From: Gemmatimonadota bacterium
Lineage (GTDB): Bacteria; Gemmatimonadota; Gemmatimonadetes; Gemmatimonadales; GWC2-71-9
Assembly: GCA_041499215.1 (NCBI GenBank)
Contig: JBGQJV010000003.1
Span: forward strand, 1-47,788
Direction: 5' to 3'
Length of the DNA stretch: 47,788 nt
The notes beneath the pieces were generated by a model. The model saw nothing but the letters and a program-made list of their open reading frames with translations. It was not told the DNA's origin and ran no database searches. The translations under genes and the position numbers were made by a program. Position 1 is the stretch's first letter, and each line of letters starts with the position of its first letter. Shown here piece after piece: positions 17,101 to 25,737 of the stretch.

Positions 17101-17180
17101 CCGTGGCGGGCACCATCGGGGCGATGTTTCTGCTGCCGCCGATTCTGGTTCGGCAGCGATCCGCCAATCGCACGAACTAG
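14154..17180 (+). CDS. RND efflux permease subunit 2 (divergent)
   Basis: ATGA overlap with RND1; ASRRPAV, WPGASAELVE, full RND topology. Confidence 0.93.
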   Translation: MITWASRRPAVIGASAIAILLAGGLALSRLPIATRPYVELPRLTVSMSWPGASAELVETYLGSPIEAAIQSVRGIHKIGSESGEGYLSLDIDLETGTDVRLARLAVLERLELLRADFPAGSSDLEVSNYVPEGLDEEPLLGATVYGPYTAGSLQELVERQVKPRINAVPGVAGVRARGGAVVGVAVAYQPERLRQLGIEPAVLNDALARARVVEAIGVEHGGATERQVVLRDTPDALEVLGRLPVPGPGGRVHQLADLATIRREEDNQDSFFRVNGEPAVMIRVARLPGADAIKTAREVRAVLEELRPGLPAGIRFQVLSDESVRLSEQLGDLGERGAIAFAAVLLVLAIGLRAPRAVILVLSSAAVAVAGTTLGLYLLDIPANLLTLAGLGMGIGILVQNGLVVVDRLRTAPDTTAGRAEAGRRITPAVLGSTLTTAVVLFPFLYLQGDTRAAFVPFAAAFSMALGWSILTSVVMIPALGAGHGVHEVRWPRLRRFYVHLVIRLLRWRWATMAATLVMLAGLGWVFAVKVPRSSFAGWWNQRTTLSARVDFPSGSDPASVDQSVRELEHIVVGRAGVENVQAQGDANGGYVVVTFDDNAAFTSIPLQMQEEVTQRAVLIGGASVGVSGRGPGFYNGGASGSLATFRVKILGYSFTGVEQLAIDLKARLERIPRVKSVDINAAGFWFGRERASDVTLLPDRAALASYGLTASQFAAAVTREVGGAAGRQRFALGDEEVWLSLKTEGARARTLEQLREARVPNARAIPVRVGDLARVEEREALARISREDQQYVRVLSYEFRGPQKLANRTHEAFMKSISVPPGYTVSDEYFGWQDDQSQKGLWLVFAIGLVLVVLTVAMVFDSVWGAAMVFLSIPIALAGVVAAFWIAHAAFTREAAVGVILVIGLAVNQSILLVDGVLQNQAATPWARTAVRAYTVVAACRDRAGMIVLITLTTLASPLPLAVGTEAQDLFGAIALAMVGGTVAGTIGAMFLLPPILVRQRSANRTN

Positions 17181-17188
17181 CTGGGAGC

Positions 17189-17257
17189 ACGGCTGAGACG
17201 GTCGAGACGGTCGGGACGGACGCGTCCGTCTTGGCCGTCTTGGCCGTCCCGTCCGTC
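17189..17257. repeat. Inverted 9-mer arrays around a perfect 16-bp palindrome; possible bidirectional terminator
   Basis: ACGGCTGAG ACGGTCGAG ACGGTCGGG, GACGGACGCGTCCGTC (17215-17230), CTTGGCCGT x2; lies between convergent stops. Confidence 0.8.
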
Positions 17258-17264
17258 TGGAGAC

Positions 17265-17735
17265 CTACTTCGCCCGCCTCCCGTTCTGCTGCGCTCGCTG
17301 CCACACCGTCAGCGCGGACTGACTGCTCCGGAGGAAGACGGTGTACGCCCGCTCGCATTCCCGCAGCCTGGCTCTGAGTCCCCGTGCGTCGGGCGGAAGC
17401 CGCTTGCGGCCCTGCCCCAGCAGGGCGCGGAACCGGCGCATCCGCTCCAGCCTCACGTCCATGATCCTGACGGGAAGGTCGTTCGCGATCCGATAGAATA
17501 CCCGCCGGTCGCCCGGCCGGGTAACTCGCTCGAGGACACGCTGGCCTTCCAGCCGGCGAGTCTCGGTGGAGACGCTCGCTTTGCTTACCCGGAGGTCTCT
17601 GGCCAGGTCGCCCAGCGCCATCGGCTCCGGGCTCAGCAGCAGCCGCGCGAAGACCCGCCCGGCGATCGGGGCAAACCCCTCCCGCTCGTACAATTCCGCC
17701 ATCTGGTCCACGAACCGTACGACGTGCCGTTCCAA
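17265..17735 (-). CDS. GbsR/MarR family transcriptional regulator
   Basis: GFAPIAGRVFARLLL, LRVSKASVSTETRRL, RPGDRRVFYR; TTG start with GGGAGAG upstream. Confidence 0.9.
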   Translation of the reverse strand: MERHVVRFVDQMAELYEREGFAPIAGRVFARLLLSPEPMALGDLARDLRVSKASVSTETRRLEGQRVLERVTRPGDRRVFYRIANDLPVRIMDVRLERMRRFRALLGQGRKRLPPDARGLRARLRECERAYTVFLRSSQSALTVWQRAQQNGRRAK

Positions 17736-17782
17736 TCGCTCTCCCTCGGTAGCGGAGGTCCAAGCTAGCGGCTAGGTTCTCA

Positions 17783-17804
17783 ACGTTCAATCGCGACTGA
17801 ACGT
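17783..17804. promoter_or_regulatory. 22-bp near-perfect palindrome, candidate operator
   Basis: ACGTTCAATCG-CGACTGAACGT (one mismatch) between the divergent regulator and tolC; overlaps TAAAAT at 17804-17809. Confidence 0.7.
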
Positions 17805-17815
17805 AAAATCATATT

Positions 17816-19303
17816 ATGCCGCGCGCCTTTCGCCCTCGCTCACCCGTGCTGTCCGGACTTGCCCTGGTCCTGGCGGCTGGGTGCGCTCCATCCCTCCCTG
17901 GTCCGTCCGGTGCCCGCCCGGTGGCGGTTCGTCCCGACACCCTCTGGGTTCCGCCGCCTGATTCCCGCCCGGAGCGCAAAGCTGAAGCCACCCCCCGCGC
18001 ACTTCCTGCCGACATCGCCGCCCGTCGGACGGCCCTGTCCCTGGAAGACGTCGTGGGGCTCGCCCTCGAGGGGAGCCCCGACGCGCGGGCCTCCTGGGCA
18101 ACCGCCCGAGCGCAGGCCGCGGCGTACGGGGCTGCCCGTGGCGCCTGGTTTCCCACCATCCAGGGGAGCGCGACCGCGACCCGGCTCAAGACGGCGGCCA
18201 TTCTGGGCCGCAACGCGGTGACTCAGACCGTCTATCAGCCGAGTGCTTCCTTCACTTATATGCTGCTGGATCTGGGTGGGCGGAGCGGAGAGGTTCGGGC
18301 GGCCCGGGAAGGGCTGGTCGCCGCCAACTGGACCCACAACAGCACGTTGCAGAATGTGGTGGCAACCGCCGCCGCGGCCTATTTCGACTACACCGCGGCC
18401 AAGGCGCTCCTTTCCGCGCAGCAGACCACGGTGGCCCAGGCGGACACCAACCTGGCCTCGGCGGAGGAGCGGCGTCGGGTGGGTGTGGCTACCATATCCG
18501 ACGTGCTCCAGGCCCGAACCGCCCTGGCGCAGGCGCGCCTGGATCTGCAGACGCTGGAGGGGCTCCTGCTCACGACCCGCGGGGCGCTGGCGGTAGCCAC
18601 CGGGTTCCCCGCCACGCTGGAATACGACGTCGATACGATGGCGGTTGAGCGAGATGTAACGGTGCTGTCGGACAGCGTGGACCGGCTGATCGCCCAGGCC
18701 GTGGTGGAGCGTCCCGACCTCGCCGCAGCCCAGGCCGAGTATCAGCAGGCCCGCGCCCGGGTCCAGGTGGCGCGGGCCCAGCGGCTGCCTTCGCTCACCG
18801 CCAACGGCAGTGCCGGATACACCAAGGTCGGCGGACAACCGGGCAGCTGGGCTGATTCCTACACCCTGACTCTCGGCATCCAGATCCCGCTGTTCAACGG
18901 TTTCACCTGGGAGTACAACCAGCGGCAGGCCGAGGCCGAGGCGGAAGCGGCCCGAGCCCGGGCGGAGGGGCTTGGCCAGCAGGTGGTCTTTCAGGTGTTC
19001 CGCTCGTACTATGACCTGCGGACGGCGACCGCCCGGGTCGGGAGCGCCGAAGAGCTGCTCGCCTCGGCGCGGGAATCGGCCGAGTCGGCGCGGGCCCGCT
19101 ATCAGGCCGGTGTCGGAAGCCTGCTGGAACTGCTGACCGCCGAGAGCGCCCTCGCCGGCGCCCGCGCCCAGCGCATTCAGTCGAGACTGGGCTGGCAGGC
19201 TGCGCTGGTGCAGCTCGCCCGCGATGCCGGCCTGCTCGACCTTCAAGGACAAAGCCCCCTCCGGCTGGTTCCCGCCGGGACCTCAAACGACTCGCTGCCA
19301 TGA
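17816..19303 (+). CDS. TolC-family outer membrane efflux lipoprotein
   Basis: Lipobox LAAG-C; LSLEDVVGLAL, ERPDL, IQIPLFNG, RYQAGVGSLLELL. Confidence 0.95.
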   Translation: MPRAFRPRSPVLSGLALVLAAGCAPSLPGPSGARPVAVRPDTLWVPPPDSRPERKAEATPRALPADIAARRTALSLEDVVGLALEGSPDARASWATARAQAAAYGAARGAWFPTIQGSATATRLKTAAILGRNAVTQTVYQPSASFTYMLLDLGGRSGEVRAAREGLVAANWTHNSTLQNVVATAAAAYFDYTAAKALLSAQQTTVAQADTNLASAEERRRVGVATISDVLQARTALAQARLDLQTLEGLLLTTRGALAVATGFPATLEYDVDTMAVERDVTVLSDSVDRLIAQAVVERPDLAAAQAEYQQARARVQVARAQRLPSLTANGSAGYTKVGGQPGSWADSYTLTLGIQIPLFNGFTWEYNQRQAEAEAEAARARAEGLGQQVVFQVFRSYYDLRTATARVGSAEELLASARESAESARARYQAGVGSLLELLTAESALAGARAQRIQSRLGWQAALVQLARDAGLLDLQGQSPLRLVPAGTSNDSLP

Positions 19304-20424
19304 TGCGGTTTCTTGCCCGTCCGTCGCTTTCGCTGGTCCCTGTCGCGCTGGCCGCCCTCGGGTGTCACGTCGATCTGCCCCGGCGACCTCCGGCTCCCTC
19401 CGTGGTGGTGGCGGCGGCCGAGCGGCGGGACGTGCCGGTCGTGCTGCAGGCCACCGGCACGGTGGAACCGATCCAGGCGGCCTCGATCTCCGCCCAGGTG
19501 GACGGCATCGTCGAACGGGTGACGTTCCGTGAAGGCGACGAGGTTCACCGGGGCCAGATCCTGTTCCAGATCGATCCCCGCCCCTACTCCTCCGCGCTGG
19601 CCCAGACGGAGGCGACCCTCGCGCGAGACGTGGCCCAGCTGGAATCGGCCGAGCGAGACCGGGCGCGATTCGAGGAGCTGGCGAAGCGCGAGTTCGTCAC
19701 CGTCCAGCAGTTGGACCAGGCCCGGAGCACCGCAGCCGCAGAGGCCGCGACGGTTCGGTCCGATTCGGCGGCGGTGTCGCGCGCACGACTGGATCTCGAC
19801 CGGGCATCGGTGCGGGCGCCGATCTCCGGACGGGCGGGAGCCGTGCTGCTCAAGGAGGGCAACGTCGCCCGGGCCGCCGGCGGAGAGCCGCTGGTGGTGA
19901 TCAACCAGATCGCTCCGATTCTGGTGCGGTTCGCGGTGCCGGCCACCCAGCTCGGCGCCATCCGGGGCGCCGGCGCCGGCCTGCCCGTGGTGGCCACGCC
20001 GGTGGGTGATACCGCACGCCCGGTGGCCGGGTTACTCACCTTCGTGGATAACGCGGTCGACTCCATGACCGGTACCATCCTGCTCAAGGCGAGCTTTCCC
20101 AACCGGGAGCGCAGCCTGTGGCCCGGCGGGCTGGTGCGGGTCTCGCTGACGGTCGCGGTCGAAAAGGGGGCGCTAGTAGTCCCGGTGAGCGCGGTGCTCA
20201 CTGGGCAGCAGGGATCATCGGTCTATGTGGTTGAGGACAGCAACCGCGTCTCGCTCCGGAAGGTGACGGTGACTCGGACCACCGACAGCCTCGCGATCCT
20301 GGCCACGGGCGTGAATCCCGGCGACCGGGTGGTCGCGTTGGGTCAGGTACGGCTCACCGACGGGGCCACGGTGCAGGTGGTCTCCCCCCAGGGCGGGGCG
20401 GACAGCGTTGGAGGCAGTCCATGA
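19300..20424 (+). CDS. RND periplasmic adaptor (MdtA-like)
   Basis: FREGDEVHRGQILFQIDPRPY, VRAPISGRAG, FVDNAVDSMTGTI. Confidence 0.95.
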   Translation: MMRFLARPSLSLVPVALAALGCHVDLPRRPPAPSVVVAAAERRDVPVVLQATGTVEPIQAASISAQVDGIVERVTFREGDEVHRGQILFQIDPRPYSSALAQTEATLARDVAQLESAERDRARFEELAKREFVTVQQLDQARSTAAAEAATVRSDSAAVSRARLDLDRASVRAPISGRAGAVLLKEGNVARAAGGEPLVVINQIAPILVRFAVPATQLGAIRGAGAGLPVVATPVGDTARPVAGLLTFVDNAVDSMTGTILLKASFPNRERSLWPGGLVRVSLTVAVEKGALVVPVSAVLTGQQGSSVYVVEDSNRVSLRKVTVTRTTDSLAILATGVNPGDRVVALGQVRLTDGATVQVVSPQGGADSVGGSP

Positions 20425-23400
20425 GCATCGCCGAACTCTTCATCCGGCGCCCGGTCATGACCACGCTGGTCATGGCCGGCATCCTGGTCTTCGGCCTGGC
20501 GGCCTACAAGAATCTGCCGGTCAGCGACCTGCCCAGCATCGACTATCCCACTATCTCGGTCAACGCCAGCCTGCCGGGCGCCAGCCCCGAGACGATGGCG
20601 TCTTCGGTGGCGACGCCGCTGGAGAAGCAGTTCTCCACCATCGCGGGGCTGGACGCGCTGACCTCGTCGAGCGGGCAGGGGACTACTTCCATCACTCTGC
20701 AGTTCGCGCTGGATCGGAACATCGACGCCGCCGCGCAAGACGTGCAGGCCGCGATCGCCCAGACGCTCAGGTCCCTGCCGCAGGACATGGTGCCGCCGTC
20801 CTATTCCAAGGTGGATCCGTCGGCCTCGCCGATCATGTACTACGCGCTCACCACCGCCACCCTGCCGCTCTCGACCCTGGACGAGTTCGGCCAGACCACG
20901 ATCGCGCAGCGGCTTTCGACGGTGGAAGGGGTGGCGCAGGTGCAGGTGTATGGCTCGCAGAAGTACGCCGTGCGGATCCAGCTTGATCCGCAGGCCCTCG
21001 CCGCCCGGCGCATCGGGCTCGACGAAGTCACCCGGGCCATCTCCACCGGCAACGTGAACCTGCCCTCGGGGATCCTGTGGGGAACCGACCGGGCCTACGC
21101 GGTCCAGGCGGAGGGACAGCTCACCAACGCCGCCGCCTTCCGCCCCCTGGTGGTCGCCTACCGCAACGGCGCACCGGTGCGGCTCTCGGACCTCGGCCGG
21201 GTGGTGGACAGCGTGCAGGACACCAAGGCGGCGAGCTGGTTCAACGGCACCCGGTCGATCGTGCTGGCGGTGCAGCGCCAGCCCGGCACCAACACGGTGG
21301 CGGTGGCGGCACGGGTGCGGAGCGTGATGGCGCAAATCGAGAGCCAGCTGCCGCCGGCGGTGAAGGTCAACACCCTGTACGATCGCTCGGAAACCATCGA
21401 GGAGTCGGTGCACGAGGTGAAGTTCACCCTCTACCTGACTCTGAGCCTGGTCGTGCTCGTGATTTTCCTGTTCCTCCGCAATCTCTCCGCCACGGTGATC
21501 CCCAGCCTGGCGCTGCCGATGTCGCTGGTGGGGACATTCGCGGTGATGTACCTGCTGGGCTACAGCCTGGACAACCTGTCCCTGATGGCGCTCACGCTCT
21601 CGGTCGGGTTTGTGGTGGACGACGCCATCGTCATGCTGGAGAACATCGTCCGGCACATGGAGATGGGGAAGAAGCCGATGCAGGCCGCGCTGGACGGGGC
21701 CCGGGAGATCGGATTCACCATTCTCTCCATGACCCTTTCCCTGGTGGCGGTGTTCATTCCGCTCCTGTTCATGGGCGGCCTGATCGGCCGGCTGTTCCGC
21801 GAGTTCGCGGTGACGATCAGCGTCGCCATACTGGTGTCCGGCTTCGTCTCGCTGACCCTTACCCCGATGCTCGGCAGCCGGTTCCTGCGGACCGGGACCC
21901 ATGCCGGGCACGGGCGATTCTACGAGGCCACGGAGCGGGTCTACACCGGCGCGCTCCGGACGTATCTCTCCTCTCTCGACTGGGTGATGGCCCGCCGCGG
22001 ACTGGCTCTGACGGTCTCCGCCCTCATTCTGATGGCCACGGTGTGGCTCGCCATCCTGGTTCCGAAGGGCTTCATTCCCAGCGAGGACACCGCTCAGCTC
22101 CGCGGCACCACCGAGGCGACCGAGGGGACCAGCTGGGACAGGATGTTCGAGCTGCAGCAGACCGCGATGGCGATCGTCCGGCGGGACAGCAACATCGCCG
22201 GCTTCATGTCGGCGGTCGGCGGCGGCCGGAGCAGTGTGAACCAGGGCCGATTCTTCATCCACCTGAAGCCGCAGTCCGTCCGCGGGATGACTGCCGATGA
22301 GGTCGCCAGGTCCCTGTCGGGCAAGCTGGCGGCGGTTCCGGGCCTCCGGGTGTTCTTCTCCAACCCGCCCCCGATTTCCATCGGCGGTCGGCAGACCAAG
22401 AGCCTGTACCAGTACACCATCCAGGGCCCGGACATCGCCGAGCTGTATCGCACCGCCGGGGACCTGGAGCAGAAGCTCCGTCAGCTGCCCCTGCTGCGGG
22501 ACGTGACCACCGACCTGCAGATCAAGAACCCGGAGGTCCACGTCGCGATCGACCGCGAGCGAGCCTCGGCCTACGGGCTCACCGTGCAGCAGGTCCAGCA
22601 GGCGTTGTACGATGCCTACGGTGCCCGGCAGGTCTCCACGATCTACACCGCGACCAACCAGTACTGGGTGGTGATGGAGCTGCTGCCGGCCTACCAGCGC
22701 GACCTCGGCGCGCTGAGTCTGCTTGGTCTTACCGGGACCAACGGATCACTGGTGCCGCTGACCTCGCTGGCGACGGTGGAGCCTAGCGTCGGGCCGCTCA
22801 GCGTGAATCACTCGGGACAGTTGCCCTCGGTGACCCTGTCCTTCGACCTGGCGCCCGGAGTGTCGATCGGGCAGGCCGTGGCTACCGTGGAAACCGTCGC
22901 GGCCCAGGCGCTGCCGGCCGCCGTGACGGGCGGGTTTGCCGGCACCGCCCAGGCCTTCCAACAGTCGCAGCAGGGGCTGCTGCTGCTGCTGGTCCTCGCC
23001 ATCGTGGTGATCTACCTGGTCCTTGGCATCCTGTACGAGAGTTTCATCCACCCGCTCACGATTCTCTCCGGTCTCCCCTTTGCAGGCTTCGGCGCGCTGC
23101 TCACCCTGCTGGTGACCCGGACTGATCTGAGCGTGTACGCGTTCGTCGGCATCATCATGCTGGTCGGGCTGGTCAAGAAGAACGCCATCATGATGCTGGA
23201 TTTCGCCATCGATGCGGAGCGGAAGGCAGGCAAGAACCCGCACGATGCCATTCTCGAGGCGAGTGCGGTCCGGTTCCGGCCGATCATGATGACCACTTTC
23301 GCGGCCCTGCTCGGGACCCTGCCGATCGCCTTTGCCACCGGGACCGGCGCCGAGGCTCGGCGTCCGCTGGGCCTCGCCGTCGTCGGCGGCCTGCTCTTCT

Positions 23401-23534
23401 CCCAGCTGGTGACGCTGTACGTCACTCCGGTGATCTATACGACCCTGGCAGACCTCGTCCGCCGGCGGCAGCGGGTACCGGTTCCTTCGGGCTCGCCCGC
23501 TCCCGCTGGGGCGCCGCTGTCGCCGGATGCGTGA
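20421..23534 (+). CDS. RND permease (MdtB/MdtC-like)
   Basis: FIRRPVMTTL, ASPETMASSVATPLE, canonical VVDDAIV / VKKNAIMM / RFRPIMMTT. Confidence 0.97.
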   Translation: MSIAELFIRRPVMTTLVMAGILVFGLAAYKNLPVSDLPSIDYPTISVNASLPGASPETMASSVATPLEKQFSTIAGLDALTSSSGQGTTSITLQFALDRNIDAAAQDVQAAIAQTLRSLPQDMVPPSYSKVDPSASPIMYYALTTATLPLSTLDEFGQTTIAQRLSTVEGVAQVQVYGSQKYAVRIQLDPQALAARRIGLDEVTRAISTGNVNLPSGILWGTDRAYAVQAEGQLTNAAAFRPLVVAYRNGAPVRLSDLGRVVDSVQDTKAASWFNGTRSIVLAVQRQPGTNTVAVAARVRSVMAQIESQLPPAVKVNTLYDRSETIEESVHEVKFTLYLTLSLVVLVIFLFLRNLSATVIPSLALPMSLVGTFAVMYLLGYSLDNLSLMALTLSVGFVVDDAIVMLENIVRHMEMGKKPMQAALDGAREIGFTILSMTLSLVAVFIPLLFMGGLIGRLFREFAVTISVAILVSGFVSLTLTPMLGSRFLRTGTHAGHGRFYEATERVYTGALRTYLSSLDWVMARRGLALTVSALILMATVWLAILVPKGFIPSEDTAQLRGTTEATEGTSWDRMFELQQTAMAIVRRDSNIAGFMSAVGGGRSSVNQGRFFIHLKPQSVRGMTADEVARSLSGKLAAVPGLRVFFSNPPPISIGGRQTKSLYQYTIQGPDIAELYRTAGDLEQKLRQLPLLRDVTTDLQIKNPEVHVAIDRERASAYGLTVQQVQQALYDAYGARQVSTIYTATNQYWVVMELLPAYQRDLGALSLLGLTGTNGSLVPLTSLATVEPSVGPLSVNHSGQLPSVTLSFDLAPGVSIGQAVATVETVAAQALPAAVTGGFAGTAQAFQQSQQGLLLLLVLAIVVIYLVLGILYESFIHPLTILSGLPFAGFGALLTLLVTRTDLSVYAFVGIIMLVGLVKKNAIMMLDFAIDAERKAGKNPHDAILEASAVRFRPIMMTTFAALLGTLPIAFATGTGAEARRPLGLAVVGGLLFSQLVTLYVTPVIYTTLADLVRRRQRVPVPSGSPAPAGAPLSPDA

Positions 23535-23559
23535 GCTGAGGGCGGCTGGTTGATCGGTG

Positions 23560-23654
23560 GTGAAGGGCGCACGGCTAAGGGTGAAGGGGGAGTCGGCGAG
23601 TAGCTGAGACCCTGGCGCCGAGGGACCGTTCACCGTCTACCGTTCACCTTTCAC
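23560..23654. repeat. Degenerate inverted heptamer arrays (GTGAAGG / CGTTCAC)
   Basis: Right arm CGTTCAC CGTCTAC CGTTCAC CTTTCAC; left arm decayed. Confidence 0.7.
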
Positions 23655-23760
23655 TGTTTCGGGGTCCCTCGTTGCGGCCCGCCGTCCCACCTGATACCAT
23701 CCCGCAGTCGGAATGGCCGTCCGGCCCCTCCCCGCACCTCTCTCATTCTGGTCCGATCGT

Positions 23761-24702
23761 ATGCGCCGATCCCTCATCGCCTGTCTCTCGCTCGCCCTGC
23801 TGCTCGCCGCCGTTCCCGCTGCCCACGCCCAGCTCGGCGGTCTCAAGAAGAAGGTGGCGGACAAGGTGGCCGGGAAGAAACCCGATACGACCGCGACCGT
23901 CGCCGCCAAGCCGAAGTGCGACAACTCGTCGATGGTCATCTCCTCGGACGTGGTCGACCGTTACCTGAAGTCGCTGGCGGCGCGGGACGCTGAAATGCAG
24001 AAGCTGGCCAAGGAACCCGGCCAGACCGGCGCGTTCTACTCCGCCGTGCTCAAGCGCCAGGCGGTGGAGCGCCGTCAGGCTGAGTACGAGCTGCACCGCG
24101 GACCTGACTGGGAGAAAAACCAGGCGCTGCAGAAGCGGCTCATGACCGGAGACGCCTCTGCCGTGCAGGAGCAGACGGCCCTGTCGCAGTCCATCAATCC
24201 CCATGCCGTGGAGGTTCCGGAGCTCGAATGGGAAGCCCAGCAGAAGGGCAGTGTGCGGATTGACAGCGTGATGCGGGTCGCGGGTAGGTTCTCGGAGTGC
24301 GACTGGCTCAATGTGGGCACGGAGCGGCTGCCCCGGCTGATCTACATACTGGTGGCCGACCCGGAAACCAAGGACCTCCAGGGATTCGGCACTCCGCAAG
24401 AGGCCGCCGTGATTCGTCCCCGGGTCGCCGAGCTGGCTCGCGCTATGAACATCAAGTACGTGTCCCCCGAGGACAAGGCGCGGCTCAAGGCGGAGGAGGA
24501 GGAGGCGAAGCGGCTGGCGCAGCAGCCGACCTCCACCGGCAACCCGCAGACCGACTGCATGGTCAAGGTTCAGATGGAATTCGCCAAGGCCCATCAGAAG
24601 GAGTTCGAGGCCGCCCAGAAGAGCCAGGACGTGAACGCCACCATGAAGCTGAGCCAGCAGCTCGGGCTGGAGATGGCCAAGTGCAAGGCCCCCGGCCAGT
24701 GA
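23761..24702 (+). CDS. Secreted helical hypothetical protein
   Basis: Signal peptide ending AHA-Q then LGGLKKKV; strong GC3 bias; four Cys in the mature part. Confidence 0.85.
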   Translation: MRRSLIACLSLALLLAAVPAAHAQLGGLKKKVADKVAGKKPDTTATVAAKPKCDNSSMVISSDVVDRYLKSLAARDAEMQKLAKEPGQTGAFYSAVLKRQAVERRQAEYELHRGPDWEKNQALQKRLMTGDASAVQEQTALSQSINPHAVEVPELEWEAQQKGSVRIDSVMRVAGRFSECDWLNVGTERLPRLIYILVADPETKDLQGFGTPQEAAVIRPRVAELARAMNIKYVSPEDKARLKAEEEEAKRLAQQPTSTGNPQTDCMVKVQMEFAKAHQKEFEAAQKSQDVNATMKLSQQLGLEMAKCKAPGQ

Positions 24703-25607
24703 TCAGCCGGACCCGCGTCGCCGCGTTGGCGGCGCTCCTCGCGGGTGGATCGGCTCCGCCCCCGCCACCGGTCATGATGCTGACCGACGCGGGGCCGGTC
24801 GCGCTGACGGAGGTCAGCCAGGGCGCACTGGCGCGCGGGGCCCGGTGGCGACCCGGCGCCGGCGGGCTCGAGTGGACCGAGCTGAGCCTCCACGGGCGGG
24901 GTGAGAGCCGGCGCACCCGGATCGTGGCTGTGCGGCTCGCCCCGACCCGGTTCCGGCTCGCGCTCGAGAACGGGATGGCGCCCGGAGGGTTCACCCACGT
25001 GTGGACCCTGGATCGCGCGCCGGAACGCGCAGCATTGGCGCTCAATGCCGGGATGTTCGCCGCCGATGGCGCCTGGGGCTGGGTGGTGCACGCCGGCACG
25101 GAATACCGTCCTCCCCGCCAGGGACCGCTGGCCGGCGCAGTCGTGATCGACACGTCGGGCGGGGTGAGACTGGTGGATGACGCTGGGCTCGCGCGACTCC
25201 GCTCCGGCGGCATGGCCACGGTCCGGGAAGCATTCCAGTCCTATCCGGTCCTGCTCGAGCACGGGGGAGCGCTGCCCGAGCTGCTCCGAGTCCCCAGCGG
25301 CGCGATCGACCTGCAGCATCGCGATGCGCGGCTGGCACTCGGAGTGGATGCGGAGGGCCGGCTGATCCTCGCGCTCACCCGGTTCGACGCGCTGGGCCCC
25401 GCCTTCGGTTCGGTCCCCTTCGGCATGACCATCACGGAGATCGCGCTGGTGATGCGCGGACTGGGAGCGGAATCCGCGGTGGCGCTGGACGGCGGGATCT
25501 CCGCCCAGCTGCTGCTCAAGGATGCCGCAGGCGAGGTCCATCGCTGGCCGGGACTGAGGCCGGTGCCGCTGGGGCTCAGTGCCCTACCGGTGAGCAGTGA
25601 GCGGTAA
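24699..25607 (+). CDS. Phosphodiester glycosidase (NAGPA/DUF2233) family protein
   Basis: GTGA overlap; LNAGMF, ARLALG, AVALDGGIS motifs. Confidence 0.8.
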   Translation: MISRTRVAALAALLAGGSAPPPPPVMMLTDAGPVALTEVSQGALARGARWRPGAGGLEWTELSLHGRGESRRTRIVAVRLAPTRFRLALENGMAPGGFTHVWTLDRAPERAALALNAGMFAADGAWGWVVHAGTEYRPPRQGPLAGAVVIDTSGGVRLVDDAGLARLRSGGMATVREAFQSYPVLLEHGGALPELLRVPSGAIDLQHRDARLALGVDAEGRLILALTRFDALGPAFGSVPFGMTITEIALVMRGLGAESAVALDGGISAQLLLKDAAGEVHRWPGLRPVPLGLSALPVSSER

Positions 25608-25717
25608 GCAGTGAACAGTGAGGAGTGAGGAGTGAGGAGTGAGAAGTGAGAAGTGAAGGTCGAGTTACCACTCACCGCCACTTCTCACTTCTCACTTCTC
25701 ACTTCTCACTGCTGACT
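25590..25717. repeat. Inverted heptamer arrays (GTGAGSA/GTGAGAA x10 / CTCACTT-type)
   Basis: The left arm begins inside the CDS, encoding VSSER-stop; lies between convergent genes. Confidence 0.92.
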
Positions 25718-25737
25718 GTTCCGGCTGGCTGGTACGG

